From contig CAWFJP010000029.1 of NCBI GenBank assembly GCA_963816145.1, positions 352,001 to 416,000 on the forward strand: a stretch of 64,000 nucleotides of DNA. Reading direction: 5' to 3'. Every line of letters begins with the position of its first letter. Position 1 is the first letter of the stretch. Under the pieces are notes generated by a model. The model was given only the letters and a program-made list of their open reading frames with translations. It was not told where the DNA came from and searched no databases. Shown piece by piece: positions 9,616 to 20,129 of this stretch. Origin of the DNA: an uncultured delta proteobacterium (GTDB lineage Bacteria; Desulfobacterota; Binatia; UBA9968). The position numbers and the translations under genes were made by a program.

Positions 9616-10107
9616 CTACCCGCCTTGTGCTTTTCTTCTCTTAGTGCCGCGGATGGAGCTCAGCGCGTCGACAGCGGCGATTCTGCCAATCGGCCCGGTG
9701 GCGAAGCAGGCTTGAAGCACTTTGCGATCGGGTCCTAACGTGAAATTTGTCGCGTGGATGATGCTACGCCGCTCTTCCCAATAAGCGCCGACGCGTTCGG
9801 CATCCTCCGGTACTTTGAGGCCGTAGCCGATCGGAAACGTCGCGCCGGTTTTCGAAACCATCTCTTGGGCCTTATCGAGTGGATCGACGGATAGGGCGAC
9901 GATGTCGGCGTTCTCAGCTTTGAATTCCTCTAAATGGGCCTGATAGTCGGCAACCTGCCGCACGCAGTAGGGTCACCAGATGCCGCGGTAGTAGATGATG
10001 ACGGCGTATTCGCCTTTGAGATCGGCGGGAATATTCAGTGTCCGGCCGTCAGTCAATGGAACCGTGAAATGTGGGAACGGGTCGCCGGGATTGAGCTGCT
10101 TTGCCAT
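9616..10107 (-). CDS. Selenocysteine-containing AhpC/TSA-like redoxin (UxxC motif), 163 aa, Sec at codon 45
   Basis: ORFs 9973..10161 and 9616..9963 share a frame and are separated by TGA-CCC-TAC-TGC, giving YYRGIW-U-PYC where this family has RGxWCPxC. Confidence 0.88.
9946..9963 (-). promoter_or_regulatory. Putative bacterial SECIS hairpin
   Basis: Minus strand GTG-CGGCA-GGT-TGCCG-AC begins 9 nt after the UGA; similar in position and GCAGGU apex to the E. coli fdhF SECIS. Confidence 0.7.
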
Positions 10108-10169
10108 TTGGAAATCCATCCTTCCGGACGTTAGATTCCGCTTTCCAACATTTGGATGCAACTATTTTT

Positions 10170-11087
10170 TTAGCCGGCCAAGCCGAGAAGCTTGGCGGCG
10201 TTGCCGCCGAGTATTTTTTGTTTGTCCTCGTCGGGGATCTTCAACTGCTTCACGGTGTCGACCGCGCGCACCAGCGTGATCGGCACCGGCGGCGTGTCGC
10301 TGCCGAATACCACCTGGTCGATGCCGATGGTATCGATGGCGCATTGCACCGCGGGCGGGTGGTAGCAGACGGTGTCGAAGAAGAGTTGCTTCATGTAGCT
10401 CGCCGGCGGGCGGGTCATGACATCGGGTTCCCAGGGGCCGAAGCTGTCGTCTTTCCTTAGCTCGTAGCCGAAGCCGTAACGGCCCGGCAGCATTGCCAGC
10501 GCACCGCCGACATGGGCGCAGACCATTCTGAGCTTGGGAAACTTCTCGAAGCCACCGGCGAAGATGAAGCGGGTCAGCGACAGCGTCGTGTCGAACGGCC
10601 GCCCAAGCATCTCGGGCAAACGGTACATCTCCATCTTCTCGTTGCCGATTGTGAACTTGGGCGGATGGACGAACACCGGAATATTCAGAGCACTGACCAT
10701 TTCGAAAAACGGCGCCGCCCGCGGCGAATCGAGATACTCGCCGTCAGTGCTCGAGTTGATCATGATGCCTTTGAGTTTGTATTCGCGAATGGCTTTCTCA
10801 GTCTCTTTAAGGATCGGCCCGTTATCGTAGGGCACCGAGCAGGCGAGGCCAAGCAAACGTTTCGGATGCTTGGCGGTGAGCTCTGCCGCGTGCGCGTTGA
10901 ACTCCTGGACGACCTTCAAGGGATCGTAGCCGTCCGGGGAACGAATCCAGTTGTTGCCGAACACCGTGATGTCGACGCCGGATTTGTCCTGTTCGTCGAA
11001 CAAATGCGGCAGATCGAACATCCATTTGGGCGATTTCGGATGAAACCAGCTTTGCGGAACTAAATGGGCGTGACAGTCGATGATCAT
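10170..11087 (-). CDS. Amidohydrolase_2 family protein (ACMSD/decarboxylase-like)
   Basis: IIDCHAH, PVFVHP, AHVGG, VFGSD, KILGGNAAKL. Confidence 0.88.
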   Translation of the reverse strand: MIIDCHAHLVPQSWFHPKSPKWMFDLPHLFDEQDKSGVDITVFGNNWIRSPDGYDPLKVVQEFNAHAAELTAKHPKRLLGLACSVPYDNGPILKETEKAIREYKLKGIMINSSTDGEYLDSPRAAPFFEMVSALNIPVFVHPPKFTIGNEKMEMYRLPEMLGRPFDTTLSLTRFIFAGGFEKFPKLRMVCAHVGGALAMLPGRYGFGYELRKDDSFGPWEPDVMTRPPASYMKQLFFDTVCYHPPAVQCAIDTIGIDQVVFGSDTPPVPITLVRAVDTVKQLKIPDEDKQKILGGNAAKLLGLAG

Positions 11088-11186
11088 TGTTTTAAGGCCT
11101 TTCGTTGTGGAAGATTATGGGTGAGTGTGGCAAATGTCAAAACGATAAGCGATCGATATGTATCGCTTCACTTCACTTCTTAGGAT

Positions 11187-11606
11187 TCATGAAGCCGCGG
11201 TCGCTAGCGCGCTTGCGGCATCGTAAAATGCGAAAAACTCGCAGATCTTACCGTCGCGGAAATTCTGGAAATCGGCTTTTGGGGTGATCAGCGTCTTGCC
11301 GGCCTTTCGATGCTTGAACGACACTTGTCCAAGCGCGACGACGCGGTCGCCTTGGGCGATGTATTCGTCGACGCGGTAGTAGATCATATCCCACTCGGAC
11401 GCCAGGCCAGTGAAATATTGTTTCACGTCATCCTTGCAGCAGGAGGGTCGGGTGAATTGCATCTCGACGGCGCCAGCAGCCAAGGAGCCGAACTGCACGT
11501 CGTCGGTCATCAAGTTCAGCCAATGATCGACGCTGCCCGCTTTGCTGTCGTGCCAGCGATGATAGGCGTCTTTCAGAGTCGCAACGTTGCTAGGTTCGTG
11601 GGCCAT
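11187..11606 (-). CDS. SnoaL/NTF2-like protein
   Basis: EYIAQGDRVVALG and FRDGKI..F...D pattern. Confidence 0.8.
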   Translation of the reverse strand: MAHEPSNVATLKDAYHRWHDSKAGSVDHWLNLMTDDVQFGSLAAGAVEMQFTRPSCCKDDVKQYFTGLASEWDMIYYRVDEYIAQGDRVVALGQVSFKHRKAGKTLITPKADFQNFRDGKICEFFAFYDAASALATAAS

Positions 11607-11709
11607 TTATTGGGTTCCCCTATGCGTCGCTGATACGGGCTAGTCATAGCAAATTTCTTGGCGCAGGGGCAGGGGTGCGTTGTTCCGTCTTTCTACGTTT
11701 CGCTGTCGC

Positions 11710-12027
11710 TTAAGAGGAAGTGATCTTAAGCCCGACGATACCGGCGACGATCAGGCCGATGCAGGCGAGACGCGGAAGAGCGGCAGATTCGGAAAAAAGT
11801 ATGATGCCTAGGATCGCTGTGCCGGCGGCACCGATGCCGGTCCAAATTGCGTAGGCGGTGCCGACTGGAATCGTCTTGAGCGCTTGGGCGAGGCAATAGA
11901 AGCTCGCAATCATTCCGACTACTGTGACGAGGCTCCAACGCAGATGATTGAATCCCTCAGTGTACTTGAGGCTGATTGCCCAGAAAATTTCCAATAAACC
12001 GGCGACGCATAAATAAATCCATGCCAT
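11710..12027 (-). CDS. sugE: SMR family exporter, SugE/Gdx subtype
   Basis: MAWIYL..AGLLEIFWAISLKYTEGF; IPVGTAYAIWTGIG; 4 TM, 105 aa. Confidence 0.88.
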   Translation of the reverse strand: MAWIYLCVAGLLEIFWAISLKYTEGFNHLRWSLVTVVGMIASFYCLAQALKTIPVGTAYAIWTGIGAAGTAILGIILFSESAALPRLACIGLIVAGIVGLKITSS

Positions 12028-12075
12028 GGCGGTCTCCTAACAGCGGAAAATGACTGTTCCCGATCAACGTGAACC

Positions 12076-12621
12076 TTATTGGTTGAGCGCGTTGTCATGA
12101 TCGCGAGGAACGACCGTCTCTAAGCCGCCAAGTTTGCCGGTTGGTTTGCCGTGGCAAAGCAACTCTATCTCCTGACCTTTCGTGCCATGTTTACTGACAC
12201 GGACACCAGCCGTGATTATGGCTGGCTTCGCGTCGCCCTCGAAATAATCGAAGAGGGTGTAGCGATAATCTCGGTTGTCGAAGCTAATCTCGGTGCGGTC
12301 TACCTGGGCGCGGAAGTAGTGCGCGTAACGAAAGGCGAGTTGGGTGTTGGCACGCGCCTCGGGAAATTGCAGTTCGATGGCGCCGGGTTTACCGTAGCGG
12401 TACTGCAAATATCCGCGCCGATGGTCGAGAGTGCTCGAAGCGCATAATGAAGTGATTCGTGCTCCGGGAGTAACCACGCAAGAGAACATGACTTGTTCTT
12501 CGTCGCGGCATAATGATAAGGACTGACTCTTCGGTGCTGCTTGCGCTGCGAGTAGAGTCGCCCGTGGTTGCAGGACGGCGAAAACCGGCAACAAAAGTAA
12601 CCCAATTGATCTGGCGTTCAT
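12076..12621 (-). CDS. Hypothetical exported protein
   Basis: Start overlaps the lspA stop (ATGA); signal peptide; LC...E...FSC...SLC...YLQYRYGKPG motif. Confidence 0.7.
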   Translation of the reverse strand: MNARSIGLLLLPVFAVLQPRATLLAAQAAPKSQSLSLCRDEEQVMFSCVVTPGARITSLCASSTLDHRRGYLQYRYGKPGAIELQFPEARANTQLAFRYAHYFRAQVDRTEISFDNRDYRYTLFDYFEGDAKPAIITAGVRVSKHGTKGQEIELLCHGKPTGKLGGLETVVPRDHDNALNQ

Positions 12622-13127
12622 GGTTTGTCGGTCGCTTCTGCCGATCTTGAACTGCGCATACTTTCGGCAAGCATGAAGATCGCGCCGAATGTGATCGCCA
12701 TGTCGGCGACATTGAAGATGCCGGTGCGCAACGGGCCGATGCCGACATTGAGAAAGTCTACCACCCGACCTTCGTAGGCGATGCGGTCGATTAAGTTGCT
12801 CAATCCGCCGGCGCAAACCAGCGATAAACAGACGATTGCAAACGACGCCAACTCACGGCTTCGTAGAAGATAAACCAGCAGTGCCAATAGAAATATCCCG
12901 ACCAGGACGGTGAAAATCAAATGGCGCCAGGGATCAGGCAGGGTAGCGCCGAGACCGAGGAAGGCGCCGCTATTCTCGGCGTACTGCAAGCGCAAGGTGT
13001 CGCCGGCATAAGAATAAAGGTCGCCGGGTTGAAGATATTGCTTAGCGACAAATTTGCTGACTTGGTCGATAACGATGCAGCTCAACGTGATTAAAAAAAT
13101 TAACAGCGGCCTTGGCAGTTTGGTCAT
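12618..13127 (-). CDS. lspA: Lipoprotein signal peptidase II
   Basis: DQVSK, NSGAFLG, GGLSNLIDR, VVDF, FNVAD. Confidence 0.93.
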   Translation of the reverse strand: MTKLPRPLLIFLITLSCIVIDQVSKFVAKQYLQPGDLYSYAGDTLRLQYAENSGAFLGLGATLPDPWRHLIFTVLVGIFLLALLVYLLRSRELASFAIVCLSLVCAGGLSNLIDRIAYEGRVVDFLNVGIGPLRTGIFNVADMAITFGAIFMLAESMRSSRSAEATDKP

Positions 13128-13172
13128 ACTCGCTCTTTGGTAACGTTTCTTGCTTCATGTTACAACCGCGCA

Positions 13173-14939
13173 ATGGCGCGCTCGAAACAGAAACTTGCCC
13201 GGTTGATTCGCGGTGCGATGGGCGAGGTGAAAGCGGACCTCATCGTTAGCGGCGGCAAGCTGATCAATGTTTATTCCGGCGAAATCCTCGATGGCTTTGA
13301 GCTCGCGGTCCTCGACGGCCGGATTTGCTACGTCGGCCCAAGTGCTAAACATACCCGGGGTGAAAAGACGGATATTCTCGACGCTTCCGGATGTTATGTC
13401 TCCCCCGGTTTCATAGACGGCCATACTCATATCGGTCATTACGCTAGGCCCTTCGAGAATCTGCAATCGTTTCTGCCGCATGGGACCACTTCGGTGGTTG
13501 CGTCCTGCGATGAAATGTCGAGCGTATTCGGCCTGCGCGGCGTAAAATTGTTTCTCGATGAAGTCGAGAAACATCCGCTGCGGGTTTACACGTTGGTGTC
13601 GATGGTGGCGCCGCAGGACCCACTGTTGTGCAGCACGGCGGAATTTACCAACGAGGAAATTGCCGCGGCTTTGGACGATCCACGGGTGCTCGGCATGGGC
13701 GAGATCGTTTCCTGGTTGCGTTTGACTCAGTGCGACGATGAATTACTTTCGCGCTTGGAGCTTGCCTTGCATCGCGGCCAAATCATTCATGGCCACACCG
13801 CCGGGGCGCGTGATCAGAAGCTCTGCGCGGTGGCCGCCACGGGCATTTCTTCTTGCCATGAACCGATTCGCTTCGACGATGCGCTGGAGCGGCTGCGCTT
13901 AGGCTACTGGACCATGCTGCGCGAAGGTTCGTTGCGCCAGGACTTGGCCACGACGTTGCCGGAATTGATTGCATCGGGCGTGAACCTCCAGCGGCTCATC
14001 CTCGTCACCGATAGCATGACGCCGGATGAAGTCGGGGAGCGCGGGCATATGGACCACGTCGCACGGCGCGCCATCGAGCTCGGACTTCCGCCGCTGCAGA
14101 CCATTCAGTCGATGACGCTCAATCCTGCGGTTTACTCGGGCATCGAGCAGGATATCGGCGGCATCGCGCCGGGGCGGTTTGCCGACTTGGTTCTACTCGA
14201 CAATCTGGAGCGGTGTCATGTGCGCGAGGTCCGCGTCGGTGGAAAACGCGTTGCCGGGAATGGCGTTTCTGAATTCCGCGGTGAAGCGATTGCGCTGCCG
14301 CAGGATTTGATGCGATCGTTAGACGTAGGATTCAAAATCACCGCGGAGGTTTTCAAGGTCGCTGCGCCAGGCCCCCGTCCCCAAGTGCGTGTCATGGAGT
14401 TGGTGAACCAGACGATCACGGTGGAACGGATTATCGAGTTCAACGTGGCGAGTGGATGTGTCGAGGCTAATCTTTACGATGACATTCTCAAAGTTGCGAT
14501 GTTCGATCGGCATCAGCGGGCGAAGCAGGTATCATTCGGCTTTCTCAAGGGACTCGGTGCAAAAGTGGGGGCGGTCGGTCTAACCACCAACCTGGACGAA
14601 AATACTTTAATGATTGTCGGCAGCGACGATTTCGACATGGCCCTGTGCACTAATGTCTTACTAGGAGCCGGGGGCGGCATGGCGATCGTTGATGGCGGAG
14701 AGATATTGGAAAAACTGGAATTTCCCTTTGGCGGGATTTTTTCGCTACATCCGTGGCAGGAAGTGGGCAAGACGATGGCCCGCCTTCAATACCGTCTAAA
14801 AGAAATGGGCTCGTCTTTCGACAAGCCCATCTTTGCTTTGAATTTCTTGCCGTTCGTGACTTTGCCGGCGCTGCGGATTACCGCGCGCGGTTTGGTGAAC
14901 GCAAAAGAACGGCGGATCGTGCCCCTGTTCGCGGACTGA
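13173..14939 (+). CDS. ade: Adenine deaminase family protein
   Basis: PGFIDGHTHI, GMGE, HGH, CHE, LREGS, GIAPGRFADLV; C-terminal FLPFVTLPALRIT. Confidence 0.85.
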   Translation: MARSKQKLARLIRGAMGEVKADLIVSGGKLINVYSGEILDGFELAVLDGRICYVGPSAKHTRGEKTDILDASGCYVSPGFIDGHTHIGHYARPFENLQSFLPHGTTSVVASCDEMSSVFGLRGVKLFLDEVEKHPLRVYTLVSMVAPQDPLLCSTAEFTNEEIAAALDDPRVLGMGEIVSWLRLTQCDDELLSRLELALHRGQIIHGHTAGARDQKLCAVAATGISSCHEPIRFDDALERLRLGYWTMLREGSLRQDLATTLPELIASGVNLQRLILVTDSMTPDEVGERGHMDHVARRAIELGLPPLQTIQSMTLNPAVYSGIEQDIGGIAPGRFADLVLLDNLERCHVREVRVGGKRVAGNGVSEFRGEAIALPQDLMRSLDVGFKITAEVFKVAAPGPRPQVRVMELVNQTITVERIIEFNVASGCVEANLYDDILKVAMFDRHQRAKQVSFGFLKGLGAKVGAVGLTTNLDENTLMIVGSDDFDMALCTNVLLGAGGGMAIVDGGEILEKLEFPFGGIFSLHPWQEVGKTMARLQYRLKEMGSSFDKPIFALNFLPFVTLPALRITARGLVNAKERRIVPLFAD

Positions 14940-14942
14940 AAC

Positions 14943-15350
14943 CTAGGAAGCGCTGCCTTCTTTTTTCGGTTCTTGACGCAGCGGTAAAACCCGGCCCTCG
15001 TTTTTTCTCATCGAGATGTGGCCTTCGAGGATAGCACCGTCACCGATGACCAGGCTCTGGGTGGTCACATCGCCCACCACCGAGCCGGGCGGTTGGATTT
15101 CGAGTTTCTTTTCGGCGACCACGTCCGCCATTACCTTGCCCTGTACGAGAATCGATTGCGCGGAGACTTTACCTTTGACAATCGCCTGTTGACCCACCGT
15201 GATATGGGCTTGGGCGACGATCTCGCCTTCGACCTCGCCATCGATAGTCGCTTGGCCTTCGAAATGAAGTTTCCCGTTGATTTTCGTGCCGGCACCGAGG
15301 TACGCGCCCAAATCCGCCGGCAAGCCGCTTGGTCTGTTGCTTTCTGCCAT
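14943..15350 (-). CDS. Bactofilin (polymer-forming cytoskeletal protein)
   Basis: LGAGTKINGKLHFEG..IDGEVEG...GAILEG beta-helix repeats; GGAGG RBS. Confidence 0.88.
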   Translation of the reverse strand: MAESNRPSGLPADLGAYLGAGTKINGKLHFEGQATIDGEVEGEIVAQAHITVGQQAIVKGKVSAQSILVQGKVMADVVAEKKLEIQPPGSVVGDVTTQSLVIGDGAILEGHISMRKNEGRVLPLRQEPKKEGSAS

Positions 15351-15552
15351 GAATGCCTCCTTTCCCGTCAAGTTTCGGACTATAGAACACTGGGGATTTT
15401 TTGTCTAGTTTTGCGGCTGCCATCGAATTGTCTGAATCCTTGGGTATTTCTTTTGCCGCCACTGAATCGCTCTGCTATAAATTACTTTAGGTGTAAAATA
15501 TTAGGTCGCCGAAACCTTTTTCGCTCGCCGGTGTCGAGTTAGGAGTCAACAC

Positions 15553-17025
15553 ATGCAAATCGATGACCTGAGGGATTACCTCGATATCCTGGAAGAATAT
15601 CAAGAAGTGCAGCGAATCGACGCCGAAGTGGATTGGAACTTGGAGATGGGCGCAATCACCCGGCGGGTTTACGATCTCGGTGCGCCGGCGGCGCTGTTCG
15701 AAAAGGTGAAAGGTTACCCTACTGGATTTCGCGCCCTCGGCGCACCATTGGGTACCAGCAGTCATCCCGGGCATGGGCAGTTCGCGCGAACCGCGCTAGC
15801 CATGCATATGCCGCCGTCGTCCTCGGCAAAAGAGATTATGTCGACCTATTTGCAGCGCAAGGAGAAACTGATCCCGCCGGTGATGGTCAAGACCGGACCG
15901 TGTAAAGAGAACATAGATATCGGCGATGCCGTCGATGTGCTTAAGTTTCCGATCCCCCTCATCCATGGCGGCGACGGTGGCCGCTATATCGGCACCTGGC
16001 ACACGGTGATTACCAAAGATCCGGAGAGCTCGTGGGTGAACTGGGGCATGTACAGATTGATGGTGCATGACCGCAATACCCTTGGTTGTCTGTTTCCGAT
16101 GCAGCAGCATATCGGCCAGATGTACCAAAAATACGAAGCGATGAATAAGCCGATGCCGGTGGCGGTGGCGATTGGCGGCCAGCCGGTCATTCCGCTGGTG
16201 AGCTGCGTAATGCTGCCGCCATATGTCAACGAAGCGGATGTCGCCGGCGCATTGCAGAACGCGCCGATTCCCATGGTCAAGTGCGAAACCGTCGATCTCG
16301 AAGTGCCGGCGTCAGCGGAGATCGTCATCGAGGGCGAGGTGTTGCCGCACGAACGTCGGACCGAAGGACCGTTTGGCGAATATATGGGCTATGAAGCCGG
16401 CAAGTCGTCGCCCAAACCGATACTCAAAATTAAAGCGATCACCTTCCGTAGCAATCCGATCTTGCCGTTTTCCAATATGGGCATGCCGGTGCATGAGGGG
16501 CAGACGGCCACGGCTTTGATTAAGGGCGCGGAGATCTACGCGGAATTAAAAAAACTCGGCTTGCCGGTCAAAGGCGTCTTTTGTCCGCCATTCGGTGTCG
16601 GACATATGTGTATCGTCTCAACCGAGGTGCCTTTCATCAACTTTGCCCGGCGCGTGGCCCATGCCGTGTGGGCGACCAAGCCTGGGTTGTTTGTCTATTA
16701 CATGGTGATTGTCGAGCCCGATGTCGATCCCACTAACATGGATGAAGTGCTACACGCGATCACGACCAAGTGCCACCCCGTCAACGGCATTCATCATGTG
16801 CCGCATATTCCCGGTTTCCCGGTGCTTCTACCGTTCCTCGCGCCGAAAGAACGGCTGATCGGCGACGCCGCAGGCGTCATATTTGACTGTACCTGGCCGA
16901 AGGATTGGCCCAAGGAGAGCATTCCGGAAAAGGCCAGTTTTGAAAATCTGTGGCCCAAGGAGCTTCAGGAGCGCGTCCTCAAAAACTGGGAGTCTTACGG
17001 ATTTACCACCGCGCGCGGTAAATAG
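15553..17025 (+). CDS. UbiD family (de)carboxylase
   Basis: VDWNLE, DGGRYI, NWGMYR, EVPASAEIVIEG, EGPFGEY, DCTWP. Confidence 0.92.
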   Translation: MQIDDLRDYLDILEEYQEVQRIDAEVDWNLEMGAITRRVYDLGAPAALFEKVKGYPTGFRALGAPLGTSSHPGHGQFARTALAMHMPPSSSAKEIMSTYLQRKEKLIPPVMVKTGPCKENIDIGDAVDVLKFPIPLIHGGDGGRYIGTWHTVITKDPESSWVNWGMYRLMVHDRNTLGCLFPMQQHIGQMYQKYEAMNKPMPVAVAIGGQPVIPLVSCVMLPPYVNEADVAGALQNAPIPMVKCETVDLEVPASAEIVIEGEVLPHERRTEGPFGEYMGYEAGKSSPKPILKIKAITFRSNPILPFSNMGMPVHEGQTATALIKGAEIYAELKKLGLPVKGVFCPPFGVGHMCIVSTEVPFINFARRVAHAVWATKPGLFVYYMVIVEPDVDPTNMDEVLHAITTKCHPVNGIHHVPHIPGFPVLLPFLAPKERLIGDAAGVIFDCTWPKDWPKESIPEKASFENLWPKELQERVLKNWESYGFTTARGK

Positions 17026-17166
17026 CGCTAACCGAAGGGCTGTACGGCAAGCTGAGTTGTGTCACTTTGCCGTTTTTTTTATTCTTCTGACGGGCTTTGT
17101 GGCTTACAATAATCCCTTGATGCTTGCCGGCGGGTAGGCCGCGGCTAAAGGAGATTGTAAGTCCCC

Positions 17167-18426
17167 ATGGCGCGTACCGATACGATCGAGCTTTTCCCCT
17201 TCAGCCAAGGGGATTTCCAGAGGGAGCATGTCACACCGACCAAGTCCACCGTAATTTTGATTCGTTGGACGGTGGTAATCATCTGCGCCTACCTCATTAT
17301 CCATCGAGTCGAAAGCACAATTTCCGGAGATCTCTTAAATCTTCTGGTCGCGCTCTACATGGGGACCAACGTCGCCTTGTATTCGATCAAGGAGGAGATG
17401 TTTCGCCGACCGGCTTTTCATAGCTCGTTGCTGGTGCTCGATACCTTTGTCATTACCATATCGCTGATCGTCAACGGCAAAGTTGACAGCGAGTTTTTCC
17501 TCACGTTTTTCTTCCTGATTATTATTTGTTGTTTTTTTGAGAATACCAAAACCGTCGCCGTGATCTCGATACTAGCACCGTTGGGTTACGCGGCGCTCCT
17601 CTTTCATAGCGGCTCCTATGATGCGAGCGCTCTGTTGCGCTTCCCGTTTTTATTCGTTGTTTCATTGTTTTACGGTTATTTCATGCAGTTGGTAAGAACC
17701 CAGAAAGTGCTGCGCGAGCAAGCCGAACAGAAAAACCGCGGCAAGGCCGAACTACTCAACGTGCTTTCCCATGAATTGAAAACACCGCTCACCGTGATCA
17801 CCAGCTTTACCCAGGCGCTCAAAGGGGAAGTCCTAGGTAGCGTCACCGTCGATCAAAATGCTGCCTTGGGAAAAATTTTGCAGCAGTCCAATACCTTGCT
17901 GGAAATCATGAATGCCATTCTCGATACGGCTAGCATCGAGACCAGCGCAGCGGAAGTTCGTCGCGAGGAAGTCTCGTTAACCCAGATCTTGGAGGAGCTG
18001 AAGAATGGCTATGATGGGATTGGCGACAATAGTCAGCGTTTGCTTGTCTGGGATTATTCGGCGAGCCTGCCGAAAATCACGACCGATGGCGCCAAGCTGA
18101 AAATTATCCTGCGAAATCTTATTAACAACGCGATGAAGTTCACGGAAAAAGGAGAGATTCGCGTGACCGCCCGGCATCACGCCGGGCAAAACAGAGTGGA
18201 GTTTTCGATCATGGATACGGGCGTTGGTATCGACAAGGCGGAGACGGATCTGGTTTTTCACAAATTCTGGCAAGCCGACGCCGCCAAAATCAAAGATCAT
18301 GGCGGCATGGGACTGGGACTTTATATCGTTAGAGAATTCTGTGAGCTACTGGGTGGCTCGATAACCGTCCGTAGTGAGTTAGGTCACGGGTCGGAGTTCA
18401 AAGTTACCATGCCCGTAGCATGTTAG
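17167..18426 (+). CDS. Membrane sensor histidine kinase
   Basis: Several N-terminal TMs; SHELKTPL H-box, NAMKFT, DTGVGI, GMGLGL. Confidence 0.92.
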   Translation: MARTDTIELFPFSQGDFQREHVTPTKSTVILIRWTVVIICAYLIIHRVESTISGDLLNLLVALYMGTNVALYSIKEEMFRRPAFHSSLLVLDTFVITISLIVNGKVDSEFFLTFFFLIIICCFFENTKTVAVISILAPLGYAALLFHSGSYDASALLRFPFLFVVSLFYGYFMQLVRTQKVLREQAEQKNRGKAELLNVLSHELKTPLTVITSFTQALKGEVLGSVTVDQNAALGKILQQSNTLLEIMNAILDTASIETSAAEVRREEVSLTQILEELKNGYDGIGDNSQRLLVWDYSASLPKITTDGAKLKIILRNLINNAMKFTEKGEIRVTARHHAGQNRVEFSIMDTGVGIDKAETDLVFHKFWQADAAKIKDHGGMGLGLYIVREFCELLGGSITVRSELGHGSEFKVTMPVAC

Positions 18427-18656
18427 TGAAGTTTCACCGTCTTTATCCAAGTTTTCAAACTCACAGCCGTTCACTGCATCACAAGCACTATTATCCGGCC
18501 GGCATGTTGGCATGTGTGCCAGCCCTGGGAGAATAATCGAAAAACGCTGTCAGGTGTCAGGATAGGAATGGCAGGACAATTGTGGCAAAGGGCTGAAAAG
18601 AATTGCTCTCGAAGCTCGTGTACCTCGCCAATATAAAGAAAAACTTTTTTGTCGGC

Positions 18657-18860
18657 CTATCCCGCTTTGGGTGCAAGGTTTTCTTCTTCCTGTACCCACT
18701 CTTGGAAGCGGCTTTCCAGTATGCGCCACTGTCCGCCGACCTTAAATGCCGGGATTTGCCGGTGCTGGATCATGCGGTGCAGGGTTCGCTTGGATATTTT
18801 AAGTATGCCGGCAGCTTCCGCGAGAGTAAGCAGCTTGATCGCGGTATCGGTTTTTTTCAT
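18657..18860 (-). CDS. Excisionase-like HTH_17 DNA-binding protein
   Basis: LLTLAEAAGILKISKRTLHRMI...IPAFKVGGQWRI; AGGAG RBS. Confidence 0.88.
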   Translation of the reverse strand: MKKTDTAIKLLTLAEAAGILKISKRTLHRMIQHRQIPAFKVGGQWRILESRFQEWVQEEENLAPKAG

Positions 18861-18891
18861 GGTGGTGGTACTCCTGCGGAGAGAATAAGCG

Positions 18892-18907
18892 AGCAAGTGA
18901 TATGCCA
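18892..18907 (-). promoter_or_regulatory. Sigma-54 (-24/-12) promoter of the HTH_17 gene
   Basis: TGGCAT-ATCAC-TTGCT matches TGGCAY-N5-TTGCW, ending 32 nt upstream of the ATG. Confidence 0.75.
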
Positions 18908-19180
18908 CCATCCCAACCGGGATTAACCCCTTGAAATTGAACAGTTCTGACGCAATTCGGGCTACGCCAAAAGATTTGCTTTAGGTCGAAAAACCGACAG
19001 ACTCGAACTGTTGATGACAAAAGTGGCGGTGGGCAAATTTGTACCTTTGCAATCAGGTGGAAAGCTTTGCAGTAACTGGAACTTGTCGGGACATGGTTAA
19101 GCAAAACTTGGAGCCTAAAAAGGAGCAATAAGTGGTTTCGAATTGGGATCAGAAATGCGAACTGAGGTGAGTTTAGAAGT

Positions 19181-19247
19181 TGGTGCGGGGAGCGGCATTT
19201 GAACCCGCAGCGATTTTTGGCACTAGCCCTTCAAACCAGTTTCTGCC
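19181..19247 (-). repeat. Degenerate duplicate of the 3' part of tRNA-Leu (att-like site)
   Basis: tggtgcggggagcggcatttgaacccgca...ggcactagcccttcaaaccag aligns with the tRNA from 20887 onward; the tRNA 5' end is missing. Confidence 0.85.
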
Positions 19248-20129
19248 ACACTGGTAAAGTTAAGTCAAGTCAACAAGTCAGCTCATAAATAGCTGTTTTT
19301 ATTAGCAAATATGACTTATTCTCATTCGGGCAGATCGTTTTCATTGCTACAGGTTTAGACCGATGTTTTAGTGATTTTTTGGAACGAGAATGTAACAAGG
19401 ATCTCCCGAGGGGGGGCGACCGGGGGTGCCACGGCCCCTGTCGGCGTTTATCATACTGCGAGGGTGTAGGCATTGGTGGACAATCTCGGCAGCTCTGGAC
19501 TTTTACGCAAAAGCGGACAAGACGACCAGCGACGGATGAGAAATTCCGCGCCACTTATTGACGCTAGGGGGAAGCAACGTAAAGGGCCTTCGGAAAGTTG
19601 TTGCTCAGTGAGGTCTTCACCACGGTCGTGGCCGTAACACCAGCACCAAAACAGAGGTGGGCCAAAGCATCAAGGCGGCACTCAATCAGTCTTTACTGGT
19701 TGGGTAGCCGCCTTTTTTTTGCGGGTTCGATGGCACAGCCACCCGTGTCGCCGTCAGTCGACGCCGAGCAAAGCGATGCCCCAAAGCGCGCTAACGCAGA
19801 GGGGCATCTTACCACAACCACAACCACCGCAGGGGCGCGTGACGCCCGTTGACTACCCGGACCGCGTTATACGCCCCTCGGCACAAAAAGAAAAGGATTT
19901 TATTTTTATGGGATAAGTGTCTGTACCTGGATGTCAGTTCAAGTTGATTTAGAGCATGTGCCAATACTTCAATGTCGGAAAGGCAGTTACTTTCGGCGAG
20001 GATCATACCCAAGCGGCTTAAGTGCTGATTATTACGACAGCTGTCACCGGATCACGCGAACGAAAAGGGTATCTCTAGCACGTCGACTGAACTCGCAATG
20101 AATCACTCACTGACACAAGGGTTTTGGCA

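Noticed and set aside
12028-12075. Guanidine riboswitch upstream of sugE
   Set aside because: Gap is only 48 nt with no recognisable ykkC or ACGR-loop hairpins
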